In this document: positions 1 to 13,967 of the stretch, in pieces
How the letters are laid out: each line of letters opens with the position of its first letter
Numbering within the stretch: position 1 is the first letter of the stretch
The notes under the pieces: model-generated
The model's input: the letters and a program-made list of their open reading frames with translations, nothing else
Database searches by the model: none
What the model was told of the DNA's origin: nothing
Program-made: the position numbers and the translations under genes
Origin: Octopus bimaculoides
Lineage: Eukaryota
Length of the DNA: 64,000 nucleotides
Reading direction: 5' to 3'
NCBI RefSeq assembly: GCF_001194135.2
Contig: NC_068984.1
Location: forward strand, 9,124,431 to 9,188,430

Positions 1-330
1 ATATATATATATATATATATAGTTATATATAGTTTTATGTGTATGCATGCGTGTGACAATAGGATAAGTACATGCTTTCGTATTGTATCACATGTGAAGA
101 TGAACTAAACAAAGATGTCTACACAAATATGCATATACACGATTACTCATTGCACATAACTCAAAGATTCCTTCCCTTGACAGATTTACGTAGGCCAGCA
201 GACTGTACACATTCATTCTGTATCTTTCTATAAGTGCATCAAGCTATCTTTCAGTCTATCTCTCTTGTTAGCTGCCTGTATATTTGTAAATACACACACA
301 CACATAATATATATGTATATATGTAGATAG

Positions 331-371
<41 letters not shown>

Positions 372-2531
372 NNNNNNNNNNNNNNNNNNNNNNNNNNNNN
401 NNNNNNNNNNNNNNNNNNNNNNNNNNNNNNNNNNNNNNNNNNNNNNNNNNNNNNNNNNNNNNNNNNNNNNNNNNNNNNNNNNNNNNNNNNNNNNNNNNNN
501 NNNNNNNNNNNNNNNNNNNNNNNNNNNNNNNNNNNNNNNNNNNNNNNNNNNNNNNNNNNNNNNNNNNNNNNNNNNNNNNNNNNNNNNNNNNNNNNNNNNN
601 NNNNNNNNNNNNNNNNNNNNNNNNNNNNNNNNNNNNNNNNNNNNNNNNNNNNNNNNNNNNNNNNNNNNNNNNNNNNNNNNNNNNNNNNNNNNNNNNNNNN
701 NNNNNNNNNNNNNNNNNNNNNNNNNNNNNNNNNNNNNNNNNNNNNNNNNNNNNNNNNNNNNNNNNNNNNNNNNNNNNNNNNNNNNNNNNNNNNNNNNNNN
801 NNNNNNNNNNNNNNNNNNNNNNNNNNNNNNNNNNNNNNNNNNNNNNNNNNNNNNNNNNNNNNNNNNNNNNNNNNNNNNNNNNNNNNNNNNNNNNNNNNNT
901 ATATATATATATATATATATTCATGTAAGTATGCATGTTTGTATGTCTGCATGTATTTATGTATGTTTGTCTTCCACTGCTTAAAGTTTTACAATTAGTT
1001 TTAAAACACCCAAAAATAGATTAATTTTCAACCGTTAAATTTGGCGCAACATTTAACCACAGAACGAGATTATGGAACGCACTGATACAGATAAATAAAC
1101 GACAAGGGAGGACAACCGATATATTCAGGGGGGGGGGGAGAAAAAGAAAAGTATTTAAGAATCAATCAAAAGTGACATATCTATCCGTGGGAAATGTAGA
1201 CGAAACCATACTTTTATAGAATTATTGTGTCTTCTTCGACTTCGTCACTATATACAGCATGGTTATCTACTTTCTCTTCATGATATTTCTAAGTTTGCTA
1301 AGGTCTTCGTAGTGTCTCAGCAATTATTCAATTTATGAGGATTTTCCTCCTAATCCATTATTACACCATTTATTACACAGTCGACTTTTGTAATTTGTCT
1401 ATATTTCTATGACTTCCCTATTTCCGTATAATTTCCTGTAACCACATGAGTTTACATTTTCAAACATTTCTTTATCATTTTGAAACTATAAGATAAATGA
1501 TTTAATTTATCCCGTCAGCTGTTATATATTTGTTACTTTTTATTCAGTTGAAGTTTTTACTGTACGCACCAATTACCTACCCTTCAAAGTCATGCATTAG
1601 CCTTATGTGTAATTCCTTTAAACACCGCTACAGCCAACATGCCCATACATTCTGAAAGCCACTTCAATGAAACGACATTTCGTTGAAGTTTTATATTTGA
1701 GGTTTGGAGACTAGGAATAAGCAAAGCGAATTTAGATGGAATATATTAACGAGATCTAAATAACTTTCAGAAAATAGAAGCATTTCATCTTAGCAATATA
1801 GCATTTATGACTTTTAGACACTGCAAACGTTTTACATACACTCAACAAATAAGACAATACTGTAATCTCTCTGCTTGGAACATAACCATTTCAATTACAA
1901 ACATATTAGATCCTCGCAACATATACACCGACATAGTGTACATGTTACAAAACTTTCTACAAACTTCGTTCAAAGATGATTTCTTCGTAACACCTCTTAA
2001 ATACATTAACATTTCGACTTAAGACAAACCGAAATCATTGCTTCATTTTCTTCGATCTACTTATTAATTCCATTCATAATTGGATTGAAAATTCTCTTAC
2101 GTGAACTATTGAATCCTATTGATTCTTTAGCTTCCGCCTAAGCCCACTTGTTCGTGATAAAATTTTAACGTAGATGTTAATTTTAATATATTTAGGCTTC
2201 ATGCTACGTTTATATATCCAATAATCATTAATCGAACATTTATTATCAATATTGTATATATTCATTATTGTAATTTATTAATTTCCATTATAATATGTAA
2301 TGCATAATCTCCTCCCGATAAACTGTATGAACTTTTTAATACAACCTGGCAGCCATATTTCTTAAATTCATTATCAGCAGCGGAATACATAAAATGGTTT
2401 CCTGAGAAGCAGTATGCATGTGTGTATATACTTATATCAATTTAAATAATTTTATGTAAATGCATAAATGTTGATATATGGACGTGCGTTTTCGTGTAGA
2501 GACAGATTGCGATATAAACAGATATCTCTGC

Positions 2532-2568
<37 letters not shown>

Positions 2569-2923
2569 TACATGCTGTTCCCACTCCTGCCTCTCCTACT
2601 ATAAAATGGCAGTTGATCTTAGGAGTTGCCGGGTCTCCTACGACACGCATTCAGCCAATTACGACTCACTTGTACCTCGTCTTCAGAAATTAATTGTGTC
2701 CAGTCGTTACACATGCACGCACGCGCGCGCGCACATGCACAAACACACACACACACACGCATACACACATACACACAGGCACACACACACGCACACAAAC
2801 ATGCACGCACACAAACACTCACATATGTGTATATATATGTGTGTATGTGTGTGTGTGTGTGTGTGTGTCTGTCTGTTTATCTGTCTGTCTATCTACCTGT
2901 CTATCTATCTATCTGTCTGTCTG

Positions 2924-2962
<39 letters not shown>

Positions 2963-2964
<2 letters not shown>

Positions 2965-3210
2965 CCCTGCTGTACTCTTTCACCACAACTTTCTCTCACT
3001 CTTACTTCCTGTTTCTGTTGTGCCTGTAATTCAAAGGGTCAGCCTTGTCACACTGTGTCACGCTGAATCTCCCCGAGAACTACGTTAAGGGTACACATGT
3101 CTGTGGAGTGCTCAGCCACTTGCACGTTAATTTCACGAGCAGGCTGTTCCGTTCATCGGATCAACTGGAACCCACGACGTCGTAAGCGACGGAGTGCCAA
3201 CAGCAACAAT
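2963..3210 (+). mobile_element. GC-rich interspersed-repeat fragment with (CAA)-type tail, probable non-LTR 3' end
   Basis: About 250 bp of complex sequence between microsatellites ending GGAGTGCCAACAGCAACAAT; single copy in window, family not identified. Confidence 0.35.
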
Positions 3211-3599
3211 ATATATATATACGTACATATATATTGGTTAGAGTCTATGGAGTTGGTTTGCGTATAATAGTGTTGCTAAAATGATTTGAATTTGTTTTAC
3301 AGCTGTCCTATGTACCTACATATCTATAACCCTGGTAGAGGGGAATAAATTTTAATATTCTTTGTGGGAATTAATTTTGAAGGTGAAGAACGCAGTTACT
3401 TGCAATGACGCCGCAGATGTGGAGTCTTTCTGCGCATGCTTACTGTTCAGAGAGCCATTAGAGATGCGTATTTGAGAGATATCTCTTACATTTGTCAATA
3501 TGTGATCACTTGGTCTAGCAGACTATCAGATGTTGTTATACATCGCTGGTCACAATGCGCTTTGCATCGTTTTAGCTTTCGAAGGATGCTAGGCGAGCA

Positions 3600-3780
3600 T
3601 GCCACCATTCTCCCTGATCGGAGGGTTACTCCGTCGCAGGGTTACCCATTCATTGATGGAATTGGAACGTGAAATGAAGTGTTTTGCTCAAATAGAAAAT
3701 CAAGGAATCTGTCCAGGAATCAAGACCACGGTCGTGAGATCGTGATTACAACACACCTGACCAGTGGTCCACGCGCCTAT
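3600..3780 (-). mobile_element. tRNA-derived SINE family C, degenerate
   Basis: Minus strand: tRNA-like head AGGCGCGTGGACCACTGGTCAG, then TTGAGCAAAACACTTCATTTCACGTT shared with 50808-50945 and 36185-36270. Confidence 0.6.
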
Positions 3781-3847
3781 CGCGGGGGGTTTTGGAATGT
3801 AATACCCGTGATAGTCGAAGTATTAGTGTATATATATTCTTACAAAA

Positions 3848-4060
3848 GCGGCCAGCTGGCAGAAACGTCAGCACACCGGGCGAAATGCTTAGCGGTATTT
3901 CGTCTGTCTTTACGTTCTAGGTTTAAATTTCGCCGCGGTCGACTTTGCCTTTCATCCTGTCGGGGTCGATAAATTAACTACTAGTTGCGAACTGGGGTCA
4001 ATCTAATCGACTGGACCCCCTCCTCCAAAATTTCGGGCTTTGTGTCTAGAGTAGAAAAGA
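3848..4060 (+). mobile_element. tRNA-derived SINE family A (Octopus OK-like), tail type 1
   Basis: Head GCCAGCTGGCAGAAACGT, B-box-like GTTTAAATTTC, body GTCGACTTTGCCTTTCATCC, tail AAAATTTCGGGCTTTGTGTCTAGAGTAGAAAAGA; more than 15 related copies in window. Confidence 0.9.
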
Positions 4061-4066
4061 TTATTA

Positions 4067-4121
<55 letters not shown>

Positions 4122-4135
4122 CATCATCATCATCA

Positions 4136-4196
<61 letters not shown>

Positions 4197-4206
4197 CATT
4201 ATTATT
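4061..4206. repeat. (ATT)n/(ATC)n microsatellite between two SINE A copies
   Basis: Direct reading. Confidence 0.97.
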
Positions 4207-4207
4207 A

Positions 4208-4420
4208 AGGTGGTGAGCTGGCTTAATCGTTAGCACGCCGGGCGAAATGCATGTCGGTATTTCGCCCGTCGCTTTGTTCTGAGTTCCAATTCCGCGGAAG
4301 TCGACTTGTAACTTTCATCCTTTCGGGGTCTATAAATTAAGTACCAGTGAAACACTGGGGTCGATGTAATCGGTTATCTCCCGCTCCACCCCCAGATTTC
4401 GTGCTTTCTGCCTATAGCAA
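4208..4420 (+). mobile_element. SINE family A copy
   Basis: GGTGGTGAGCTGGCTTAATCGTTAGCACGCCGGGCGAAATG...AAATTAAGTACCAGT...CTGGGGTCGAT. Confidence 0.9.
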
Positions 4421-5396
4421 ACAGGGTTACGTGTATTCTTATATATCTGGATGCATGCAGAGAGAGAGAGAGACAGAGAGAGACAGAGAGAGAGAGACAG
4501 AGAGAGACAGAGAGGGAGAGAGACAGAGAGAGAGAGACAGAGAGACAGAGAGAGAGAGAGAGACAGATAGGGAGAGAGCTATGCATTTACGCCTACATGC
4601 ACGAGTGCATATGAAGATGTATAAATGCACTAATCCCCAATTTTCGTATTTGCGTATCTGCATATATTTTATGTGTTTGTATAAATACATTTATAATTTA
4701 ATTTATGAATATTCATGATATACACGCATTCATTAATACATACATATATTTGTTTGTTCATGTATATATATACATATTATATCTGTTTGTATATAACTCA
4801 ATAAATACACTCATATAAGTTATTCTCCGTGTGCATGTTTTTTCTAGATATTAGCATAAACTACGTCATCTCCCTAACACTATTTTTCTAATATTTTAAG
4901 ATATTTTCAACGGCTCCTCACACCTACATATTTTACATTAATTATATTGATTTGTATAATGAAACGCTGCCATATTTTTGACACATTTGCACTTAAAAGG
5001 ATTTTCCAATATATATTTATACTCGTAGGCCTTCACTTAATGTACCGCAATTACACATCTTACGTTTTTTCTGTTTTTATTTGTCCCATTGATATTTTTG
5101 AATTTTTCTCTCACACAGCACAACGCTATATTAGCTAAGGTCTTTGTATTGTCAAGAACGGCGCACTTTCTTTCCTCTTCTCATACGATTTAATGACACT
5201 CGTACATGAATTTCAATCTCTTCTCCTTTACAGATAAGTTTTACTGTCTTGCACGAAAATATCCAGATAAGAGAACTAAGTTTTAATTTTTACGCGGTAG
5301 ATACTCACAGTAGCATGAAGACACGGTGGATTGAGATGGAAGTGGGGTTCTGAGAGGGTGTAAAGGCGGTAAATGTGAGTAAAGAGAGACAGACAC

Positions 5397-5457
<61 letters not shown>

Positions 5458-5564
5458 GAGATAGATAGATAGATAGGAAGAGAAAAGTAAAGGCATAAAT
5501 GCAAACAAGCTAGAAAAAATAGCACTCGAATATATATTTCGAATATATGTTTCACAACTGTCAC

Positions 5565-5606
5565 AACTGTGTGACGAGCTGTCAGGTGATACTCTGAGTA
5601 ACAGTT
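5565..5606 (+). ncRNA. Degenerate minimal hammerhead ribozyme (ACTCTGAGT family)
   Basis: Stem I AACTGT/ACAGTT, core GTGACGA (C3 mutated), GATA in place of GAAA, palindromic stem III ACTC-T-GAGT, H17=A. Confidence 0.5.
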
Positions 5607-5686
5607 TGTAGAGAGTTTTTTCAGCTTTAGTAGATAGACAGACAGACAGACAGACGGAGGGAAGGACAGACGGACGGACGGACTGA

Positions 5687-5718
<32 letters not shown>

Positions 5719-6011
5719 TAGACAGACAGATAGACAGACTGATAGATGGTAGATAGAAAGACAGACAGCCAGACAGCCAGACAGCCAGACAGCCAGACAA
5801 ACAGACAGATAGATAGATAGATAGATAGATACATACATACATACATACATACATACATACATGCATGCATACATACATAGACAGACATGTAGATAGATAA
5901 GTGATAGGTGATAAATACATACACATATGCACATATATATACATAATTATATACATATGCGTATATCTATAAGTATGAGTAAGTGGCCCCTTAACTATAT
6001 TCTCAATGTAA

Positions 6012-6058
<47 letters not shown>

Positions 6059-6250
6059 TGACAAAGCTGCACCTTTCAATTACTGTGGCAGCTCTTCCTT
6101 AGGGGTCCATCTAATTTCAGCCTCGTGGTATGGATATCAACTGTGTCACGCACTGCGATCGATTCCCGAGACCTCGTAGCTAAGACAACAACGAGCTTGT
6201 AAACATGTCTGCAATTTATGGCCTACATAAATATGTAGGTGCATTACACA

Positions 6251-6289
<39 letters not shown>

Positions 6290-6810
6290 ACATACACACA
6301 CACACGCACACACTNNNNNNNNNNNNNNNNNNNNNNNNNNNNNNNNNNNNNNNNNNNNNNNNNNNNNNNNNNNNNNNNNNNNNNNNNNNNNNNNNNNNNN
6401 NNNNNNNNNNNNNNNNNNNNNNNNNNNNNNNNNNNNNNNNNNNNNNNNNNNNNNNNNNNNNNNNNNNNNNNNNNNNNNNNNNNNNNNNNNNNNNNNNNNN
6501 NNNNNNNNNNNNNNNNNNNNNNNNNNNNNNNNNNNNNNNNNNNNNNNNNNNNNNNNNNNNNNNNNNNNNNNNNNNNNNNNNNNNNNNNNNNNNNNNNNNN
6601 NNNNNNNNNNNNNNNNNNNNNNNNNNNNNNNNNNNNNNNNNNNNNNNNNNNNNNNNNNNNNNNNNNNNNNNNNNNNNNNNNNNNNNNNNNNNNNNNNNNN
6701 NNNNNNNNNNNNNNNNNNNNNNNNNNNNNNNNNNNNNNNNNNNNNNNNNNNNNNNNNNNNNNNNNNNNNNNNNNNNNNNNNNNNNNNNNNNNNNNNNNNN
6801 NNNNNNNNNN

Positions 6811-6843
<33 letters not shown>

Positions 6844-6915
6844 AGAGAGAGAACGTGACAGAGAGGAGTGACAGGGAGAAAACACATAGACAGAGTGATA
6901 GACAGACAGAGAGAC

Positions 6916-6948
<33 letters not shown>

Positions 6949-6949
6949 T

Positions 6950-7010
<61 letters not shown>

Positions 7011-7669
7011 CAGATAGATAATGAAGGAGAAAAAAGAGGCAGAGGTGGGAGGTAGTAGTTGGCAACACTGACACCAGTTTGCGTTCTTTCACCTCATTGG
7101 TTCTTTTTTCTTTGATTTAACCATTTCTCTAACTTTCATCTTCTAGAAAATTACCAGTTTCATTGTCTTTGTACTCTTCGTAGATTGTTGTATCACGCTT
7201 CGTATGAAAATTATATACATTATATATACACACACAAACATCAACATAACACACACACACGCACAGACATATATACACACACACACAGACATATACACAC
7301 ATGTAGATTGTAGGGTCTGCGATCTTCATAAATTCTCGACAGCAACTGCATTCCAACGTGTCATACGCACAAGCGTTTAAACATATCTAAAGTGTGTGTT
7401 TGTGTGTGTGTATATATATATATATAGGTAGATAGATATAGGTAGAAAGATAGATAGAGAGAGAGAGAGAGTGAGACAGAAAGAGTGCGGGATAGATTGA
7501 GAGAGAGAAACAGAGAGTCACTCTCTATATATGTCTCTCTATATATATGTCTCTCTCTATATATATATATAATCAAAATGAGCAACAGGATATCCAGAGG
7601 TGATGCAGTACGAACGTTTCAAGCGGCTCCATTTAATTGAACAATGCAATCATTACATCAATTTAAATG

Positions 7670-7929
7670 CAGGGCAACCCTTTTTGCCGAACTGCTAAGT
7701 GACGGGGACGTAAACACACCAACATCGATTGTCAAGTGACGGTGGCGGGGACAAACACCAAATAACAAATACATACATATATATATCCATATATATATAT
7801 ATAACAGGCTTCTTTCAGTTGACCCAATCCATTCACAAGGCTTTGGTCGGCCCGAGGAAATAGTAGAAGACAATTGCCGAAGTTGCCGCACTGAACCCGG
7901 AACCATGTGGTTGGGAAGCAAGCTTCTTA
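7670..7929 (-). mobile_element. tRNA-derived SINE family B (CORE-like motif, possibly OR2-type) with internal microsatellite
   Basis: Minus strand: GCTTGCTTCCCAACCACATGGTTCCGGGTTCAG...GGGCAATTGTCTTCTACTA...(TA)n...TTGACAATCGATGTTGGTGTGTTTACGTCCCCGTCACTTAGCAGTTCGGC. Confidence 0.85.
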
Positions 7930-8158
7930 TTTCTTTACTGCCCACAAGGGGCTATACACAGAGGGGACAAACAAGGACAGACAAACGGATTAAGTCGATT
8001 ATATCGACCCTAGTGCGTAACTGGTACTTATTTAATCGACTACGAAAGGATGAAAGGCTAAGTCGACCTCGGCGGAATTTGAACTCAGAACGTAAAGACA
8101 GACGAAATACTGCTAAGCATTTCGCCCGGCACTCTAACGTTTCTGCCAGCTCGCCACC
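7924..8158 (-). mobile_element. SINE family A, tail type 2, joined to the head of a SINE B
   Basis: Full head to tail; the tail reads ...CCCCTTGTGGGCAGTAAAGAAATAAGAA on the minus strand. Confidence 0.92.
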
Positions 8159-9507
8159 NNNNNNNNNNNNNNNNNNNNNNNNNNNNNNNNNNNNNNNNNN
8201 NNNNNNNNNNNNNNNNNNNNNNNNNNNNNNNNNNNNNNNNNNNNNNNNNNNNNNNNNNNNNNNNNNNNNNNNNNNNNNNNNNNNNNNNNNNNNNNNNNNN
8301 NNNNNNNNNNNNNNNNNNNNNNNNNNNNNNNNNNNNNNNNNNNNNNNNNNNNNNNNNNNNNNNNNNNNNNNNNNNNNNNNNNNNNNNNNNNNNNNNNNNN
8401 NNNNNNNNNNNNNNNNNNNNNNNNNNNNNNNNNNNNNNNNNNNNNNNNNNNNNNNNNNNNNNNNNNNNNNNNNNNNNNNNNNNNNNNNNNNNNNNNNNNN
8501 NNNNNNNNNNNNNNNNNNNNNNNNNNNNNNNNNNNNNNNNNNNNNNNNNNNNNNNNNNNNNNNNNNNNNNNNNNNNNNNNNNNNNNNNNNNNNNNNNNNN
8601 NNNNNNNNNNNNNNNNNNNNNNNNNNNNNNNNNNNNNNNNNNNNNNNNNNNNNNNNNNNNNNNNNNNNNNNNNNNNNNNNNNNNNNNNNNNNNNNNNNNN
8701 NNNNNNNNNNNNNNNNNNNNNNNNNNNNNNNNNNNNNNNNNNNNNNNNNNNNNNNNNNNNNNNNNNNNNNNNNNNNNNNNNNNNNNNNNNNNNNNNNNNN
8801 NNNNNNNNNNNNNNNNNNNNNNNNNNNNNNNNNNNNNNNNNNNNNNNNNNNNNNNNNNNNNNNNNNNNNNNNNNNNNNNNNNNNNNNNNNNNNNNNNNNN
8901 NNNNNNNNNNNNNNNNNNNNNNNNNNNNNNNNNNNNNNNNNNNNNNNNNNNNNNTATATATATATATATGTATATATGTATGTACGTATGTACGTACTTA
9001 CGTATGTGTGTATGTATGTATGCATGTATGTATGTATGTATGTATGTATGTATGTATGTATGCGTTAATGATTTTATGTTCAGTTATAATAAGAACAATT
9101 TTACTCTGTACTCTTGTGAAGTCCATATTTAATATTCTGATACAAGAATATTGCTTATTGGAAATTCCTATATGACAATTTTCTCGTAACTTAATGAAAC
9201 ATAAATAGATAGTTTATTTTATTATATTTTATAATAATTAAATTACATACATGTCTACATTAATATAAAAATTTGTTAAAGTAATACAGATATTAAGCTA
9301 GCTCAGCGTGTTAGAAGTCCATATTAAAAAATACTCCGTTGACATAACATTTCAAGAACGCAAAGTCAACTTCTGAAATATGGAAGACAATAATTGTAAA
9401 ATTAATGGAAATTAATAAGATAGTTTTCTAAAGAAGAGAAGGGAAATTTAGTAAGATAATTAAAGAGTAACTAATTAGCTGAATCCTTATATTGTGACTT
9501 AAATATA

Positions 9508-9670
9508 TGTGGGCGTGCATGTGCAGTAAGAAGCTTGCTTCCCAACCACGTTGTTCCGGTTTAGTATCACTGCGTGACACCTTGGGGAGCTGTCTTCTAC
9601 AATAGTTTCGGTCCCGAACAAAGCCTTGTGAGTGGATTTTGTAAACGAAAACCGAAAGAAGCCCTTCGTA
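9508..9670 (+). mobile_element. SINE family B 5' half
   Basis: GTGCAGTAAGAAGCTTGCTTCCCAACCAC...CACCTTGGGGAGCTGTCTTCTAC...AAAGCCTTGTGAGTGGATTT. Confidence 0.85.
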
Positions 9671-10271
9671 TATATACATACATACATATATATGTATATA
9701 CATTTATATATACATACATATATATGTATATATATATNNNNNNNNNNNNNNNNNNNNNNNNNNNNNNNNNNNNNNNNNNNNNNNNNNNNNNNNNNNNNNN
9801 NNNNNNNNNNNNNNNNNNNNNNNNNNNNNNNNNNNNNNNNNNNNNNNNNNNNNNNNNNNNNNNNNNNNNNNNNNNNNNNNNNNNNNNNNNNNNNNNNNNN
9901 NNNNNNNNNNNNNNNNNNNNNNNNNNNNNNNNNNNNNNNNNNNNNNNNNNNNNNNNNNNNNNNNNNNNNNNNNNNNNNNNNNNNNNNNNNNNNNNNNNNN
10001 NNNNNNNNNNNNNNNNNNNNNNNNNNNNNNNNNNNNNNNNNNNNNNNNNNNNNNNNNNNNNNNNNNNNNNNNNNNNNNNNNNNNNNNNNNNNNNNNNNNN
10101 NNNNNNNNNNNNNNNNNNNNNNNNNNNNNNNNNNNNNNNNNNNNNNNNNNNNNNNNNNNNNNNNNNNNNNNNNNNNNNNNNNNNNNNNNNNNNNNNNNNN
10201 NNNNNNNNNNNNNNNNNNNNNNNNNNNNNNNNNNNNNNNNNNNNNNNNNNNNNNNNNNNNNNNNNNNNNNN

Positions 10272-10320
10272 NGAACCCGGAACCATGTGGTTCTTAAGCA
10301 AGCTACTTACCACACAGTCA
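10272..10320 (-). mobile_element. SINE family B head fragment at gap edge
   Basis: GAACCCGGAACCATGTGGTTCTTAAGCAAGCTACTTACCACACAG matches 7893-7929 and 30245-30285. Confidence 0.8.
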
Positions 10321-10433
10321 CTTCTACACCTAATTATTTTTCATGTACAACTACCCCTTCATATATTTAAATAACAGAATTTTTTGTGGGAACCGGATGC
10401 AATGCTTCTCAATAACCCGTAATTATATTCCAG

Positions 10434-10545
10434 GCTGAAAATACTTTGACAAGTCCGAGCATTTCGTGGTCTGCCTGGTCTGAACAGCCGAGGATGGAAG
10501 CAAATGGCTATTGCCAAACATTAAAACTTTCAGTTCTCAAAGCAT
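10434..10545 (+). CDS. Candidate internal exon, 112 nt (AENTLTSPSISWSAWSEQPRMEANGYCQTLKLSVLKA), product unknown
   Basis: ATATTCCAG acceptor, CAT|GTGAGT donor, one open frame. No recognisable homology. Confidence 0.3.
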
Positions 10546-11125
10546 GTGAGTGACTCTGTGGGAGATCGACGCGTGTGCGCCTGACTTTATGTGTGTGTTT
10601 TTCATTGTTGATGTATGTATGCACATAAGTTTTATTTGAAACACGTCAGGAGAAAGACAACAGAAATGAAGGCAAAATAGAATATAAGCAGCAATTGTCT
10701 AGAAAACAAAAGAAGGATAAATCGATGAAAGAAAGAAATGATGACCCACTGGGGGGAAAGATCGTGATATGATATCCGAGTTGCTGACTTTTACTCTCAG
10801 ATTGCTTATAACTTTCTTTATATAGCATAACTATTTATATATATAGGTTGCTAGATCGGATTTTGGTTATTCTACAATGAAGGAGAACAATTATCCATTT
10901 AGGTAGTCAAAGAATATATTAAAGAGGGTGTTCGTTTTTTCTAAAGGCGGTAAATATGGTAATAACATGCGTGCCAATCCGAGGATCTGTGGATATGTAA
11001 ATGAGTTAAAATTGTAACGATAGAGGGCAGCGGATCGATTCACATCGCACGAAAGCTTCCTACAGCTACAAGTCATTCGGCAGCATAATTATACAGGCAT
11101 GATATTCAGAAATGCAGTATGCAGT

Positions 11126-11162
<37 letters not shown>

Positions 11163-11312
11163 ATATACACATACATATACATACATATATCTGTATGTAT
11201 TATGTATATATATATATATACCAGGATATATATATATATATNNNNNNNNNNATACACATACATATACATACATATATCTGTATGTATTATGTATATATAT
11301 ATATATACCAGG

Positions 11313-11352
<40 letters not shown>

Positions 11353-11461
11353 ATATATGTACATATACATACATATGCATACGTACAGAGATGTATGTAG
11401 GTATATAAATATAATCATACTTAAATTTATAAATAAATATATATCTTTACACACAGACATA

Positions 11462-11544
<83 letters not shown>

Positions 11545-11622
11545 GTGTGTACATACACACAGATACACATAATATATATANNNNNNNNNNNNNNNNNNNN
11601 NNNNNNNNNNNNNNNNNNNNNN

Positions 11623-11680
<58 letters not shown>

Positions 11681-12400
11681 ATTCCCAGTTAATATACGTC
11701 TAGATTTGTAATTTATAAATATTCCTGTTCTTTAATTCATGTTGTTCTTCCTCTCCAGCGCCTTCATTATTCCCAACAATTTTCTAAATACGGACGCACT
11801 ATATGTATTCTTCTGCCACAGCTGGAAGTATTGTTTTGCTTTGTTGAAAGGTACGCATGACCTGTAAATAGACATTTTATTGGCACCCTCTTGAAAGAGT
11901 ATTATCATTGCGCATTATCTCTCGGCTATTTTCGTCTTAAATATACAGAATATCTCTGTGCTTTCTAGCTTTCTAACTAAATGATTGAAATTATCATCCA
12001 ATATATATATATGCATANNNNNNNNNNNNNNNNNNNNNNNNNNNNNNNNNNNNNNNNNNNNNNNNNNNNNNNNNNNNNNNNNNNNNNNNNNNNNNNNNNN
12101 NNNNNNNNNNNNNNNNNNNNNNNNNNNNNNNNNNNNNNNNNNNNNNNNNNNNNNNNNNNNNNNNNNNNNNNNNNNNNNNNNNNNNNNNNNNNNNNNNNNN
12201 NNNNNNNNNNNNNNNNNNNNNNNNNNNNNNNNNNNNNNNNNNNNNNNNNNNNNNNNNNNNNNNNNNNNNNNNNNNNNNNNNNNNNNNNNNNNNNNNNNNN
12301 NNNNNNNNNNNNNNNNNNNNNNNNNNNNNNNNNNNNNNNNNNNNNNNNNNNNNNNNNNNNNNNNNNNNNNNNNNNNNNNNNNNNNNNNNNNNNNNNNNNN

Positions 12401-12469
<69 letters not shown>

Positions 12470-13424
12470 ATATATTTATACACTTCACACCACACACATA
12501 GATAGATAGATAGCTAGATAGATAATGCGTTCGATTGTAGATCTTGTAGTGTGCTAGACTATTCACGCTGAGGTTAGTTCTTAATCATAACACGTTCCGT
12601 TACCTTCTGATTTCAAATCACACCAAGTTCATATTAACCCCCGGACCATCGGAGTTAATTAAATAAAGATTCAGTACACTCGGTTAAATTGATAACCACC
12701 CGAATCCAAATATTTAACTTTCTGTCAAGGTTACAACTTAGTATTAATTTGTTTCTTGTTTCAGATCAGACTGTAGATTCAAATAGAAACTATAGGTTTC
12801 GTATTAGTTCACAGATGTTCATTTTCATAATTTTTCACAAGACATCACATCCGTTTAGCACTCGATGTCTACGATAGTGCAAGTTTTTCTCTGCGTCTCA
12901 TAGAGTAATGGCCGACATTTTATACTTACATCTGATTTCAGCTTTATTTTAATATTCTGCCAGAATTCTTGGTCATTAGAGCGATCCATTCTAAATAAGG
13001 TATTGCTTTAGCGACAGCGATTCATATAAATATCTACACTGCAAAGGTTTAGACAGCTGCTGTGATGTCTCTCACGTTGGTATGGCACAATGACTATTTC
13101 CAAACACAATGTGATTATCTAGCGGTGGATCTCCGTCGTTCGGCATCGAGGATTTTGTTTTCGATCATCTAAACTACTGGCTACTGAGTTATTTTGGAAT
13201 TTATAAAGTATTCCACAAACTTGGGCACTCTTAATGTAATTCTTAGACACAATATAACACAGCGTGCAGCAAGGTACAACACACTTGGCATGATTTTGTA
13301 CAGTTTTCTTCTACAAGAATGTATTTGCCTTGTATTGCTTTCCATAGATTCTGCCGGGTGTTAAATTATTAAAGCGAACTATGTTAATAAGGGTGGGCAT
13401 GGGTGTGTATTTAATAATTTTGTT

Positions 13425-13810
13425 TTGAAGTCACGTGGTTTCAGTTTCAATCCCAATGCACAGCACATTGGGCAAGTGTCATCGACTATGTCCCTGAGCG
13501 GGTTAATGCTTTGTGAGTGAATTTCGTAGATGGAAATTAAAAGAAGCCTGTTGTGTGAGTGTGTTCATGTGTGGGTGTTTGTGTGTGAGTGTGTGTGTAT
13601 TTGTGTGTTTGCGTGTGGGCGTGCGTGTGTGTGTGAGTGTATCTGGGGCCTGTGAGTGCGCATGTGCGTGTGTGTTTATGTATGTGATCGAGTGTGTGTC
13701 TTCGTGTGTATGCTTGTCCCACACACCACCTGCCAACCGGTGCTCATCAGCTTACGTCCCCATAACTTAGCAGTATCCCAATAGTAAAAAACGGATAGAA
13801 TAAGTGGGGA
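13425..13810 (+). mobile_element. Full-length degenerate SINE B (head, (GT)n spacer, tail)
   Basis: CACATTGGGCAAGTGTCATCGAC...AAAGAAGCCTGTTG(TG)n...CTTACGTCCCCATAACTTAGCAG...GGATAGAATAAGT. Confidence 0.8.
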
Positions 13811-13902
13811 AAATTCAAGAAGATATGTTCTTGTATCGATGTATCGATTTGTCCGATTAAGCTTTTGTTAAGTGCCAGTGGCGATATTGTCCGAACCCTC
13901 GT

Positions 13903-13967
13903 CTCCACTGACATGTCTCATGATGACGACATATTTCGTCCTCTCTACGGAACTGGTCCGAACGGCG
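13903..13967 (-). ncRNA. Degenerate type I hammerhead-like fold with long stem III
   Basis: Core CGGACCA (2 mismatches to CUGANGA), stem II GTTCC/GGAC, GAAA, 7-bp stem III, GUC triplet, imperfect stem I CGCCGTT/AGTGGAG. Confidence 0.4.

Noticed and set aside
1661-1689. 12-bp hairpin ACTTCAATGAAA/TTTCGTTGAAGT
   Set aside because: Too short and AT-rich to distinguish from chance.
2640-2700. Minus-strand CTGAAGA hammerhead core
   Set aside because: No GAAA at the right place and no stems I or III.
7905-8158. ORF text such as GQTRTDKRIKSIISTLVRNWYLF, recurring at 25515-25940 and 16599-16838
   Set aside because: Antisense translation of SINE A, not a gene family.
11162-11330. About 80-bp direct duplication flanking a 10-N gap
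   Set aside because: Most likely unmerged overlapping contig ends (assembly artefact).
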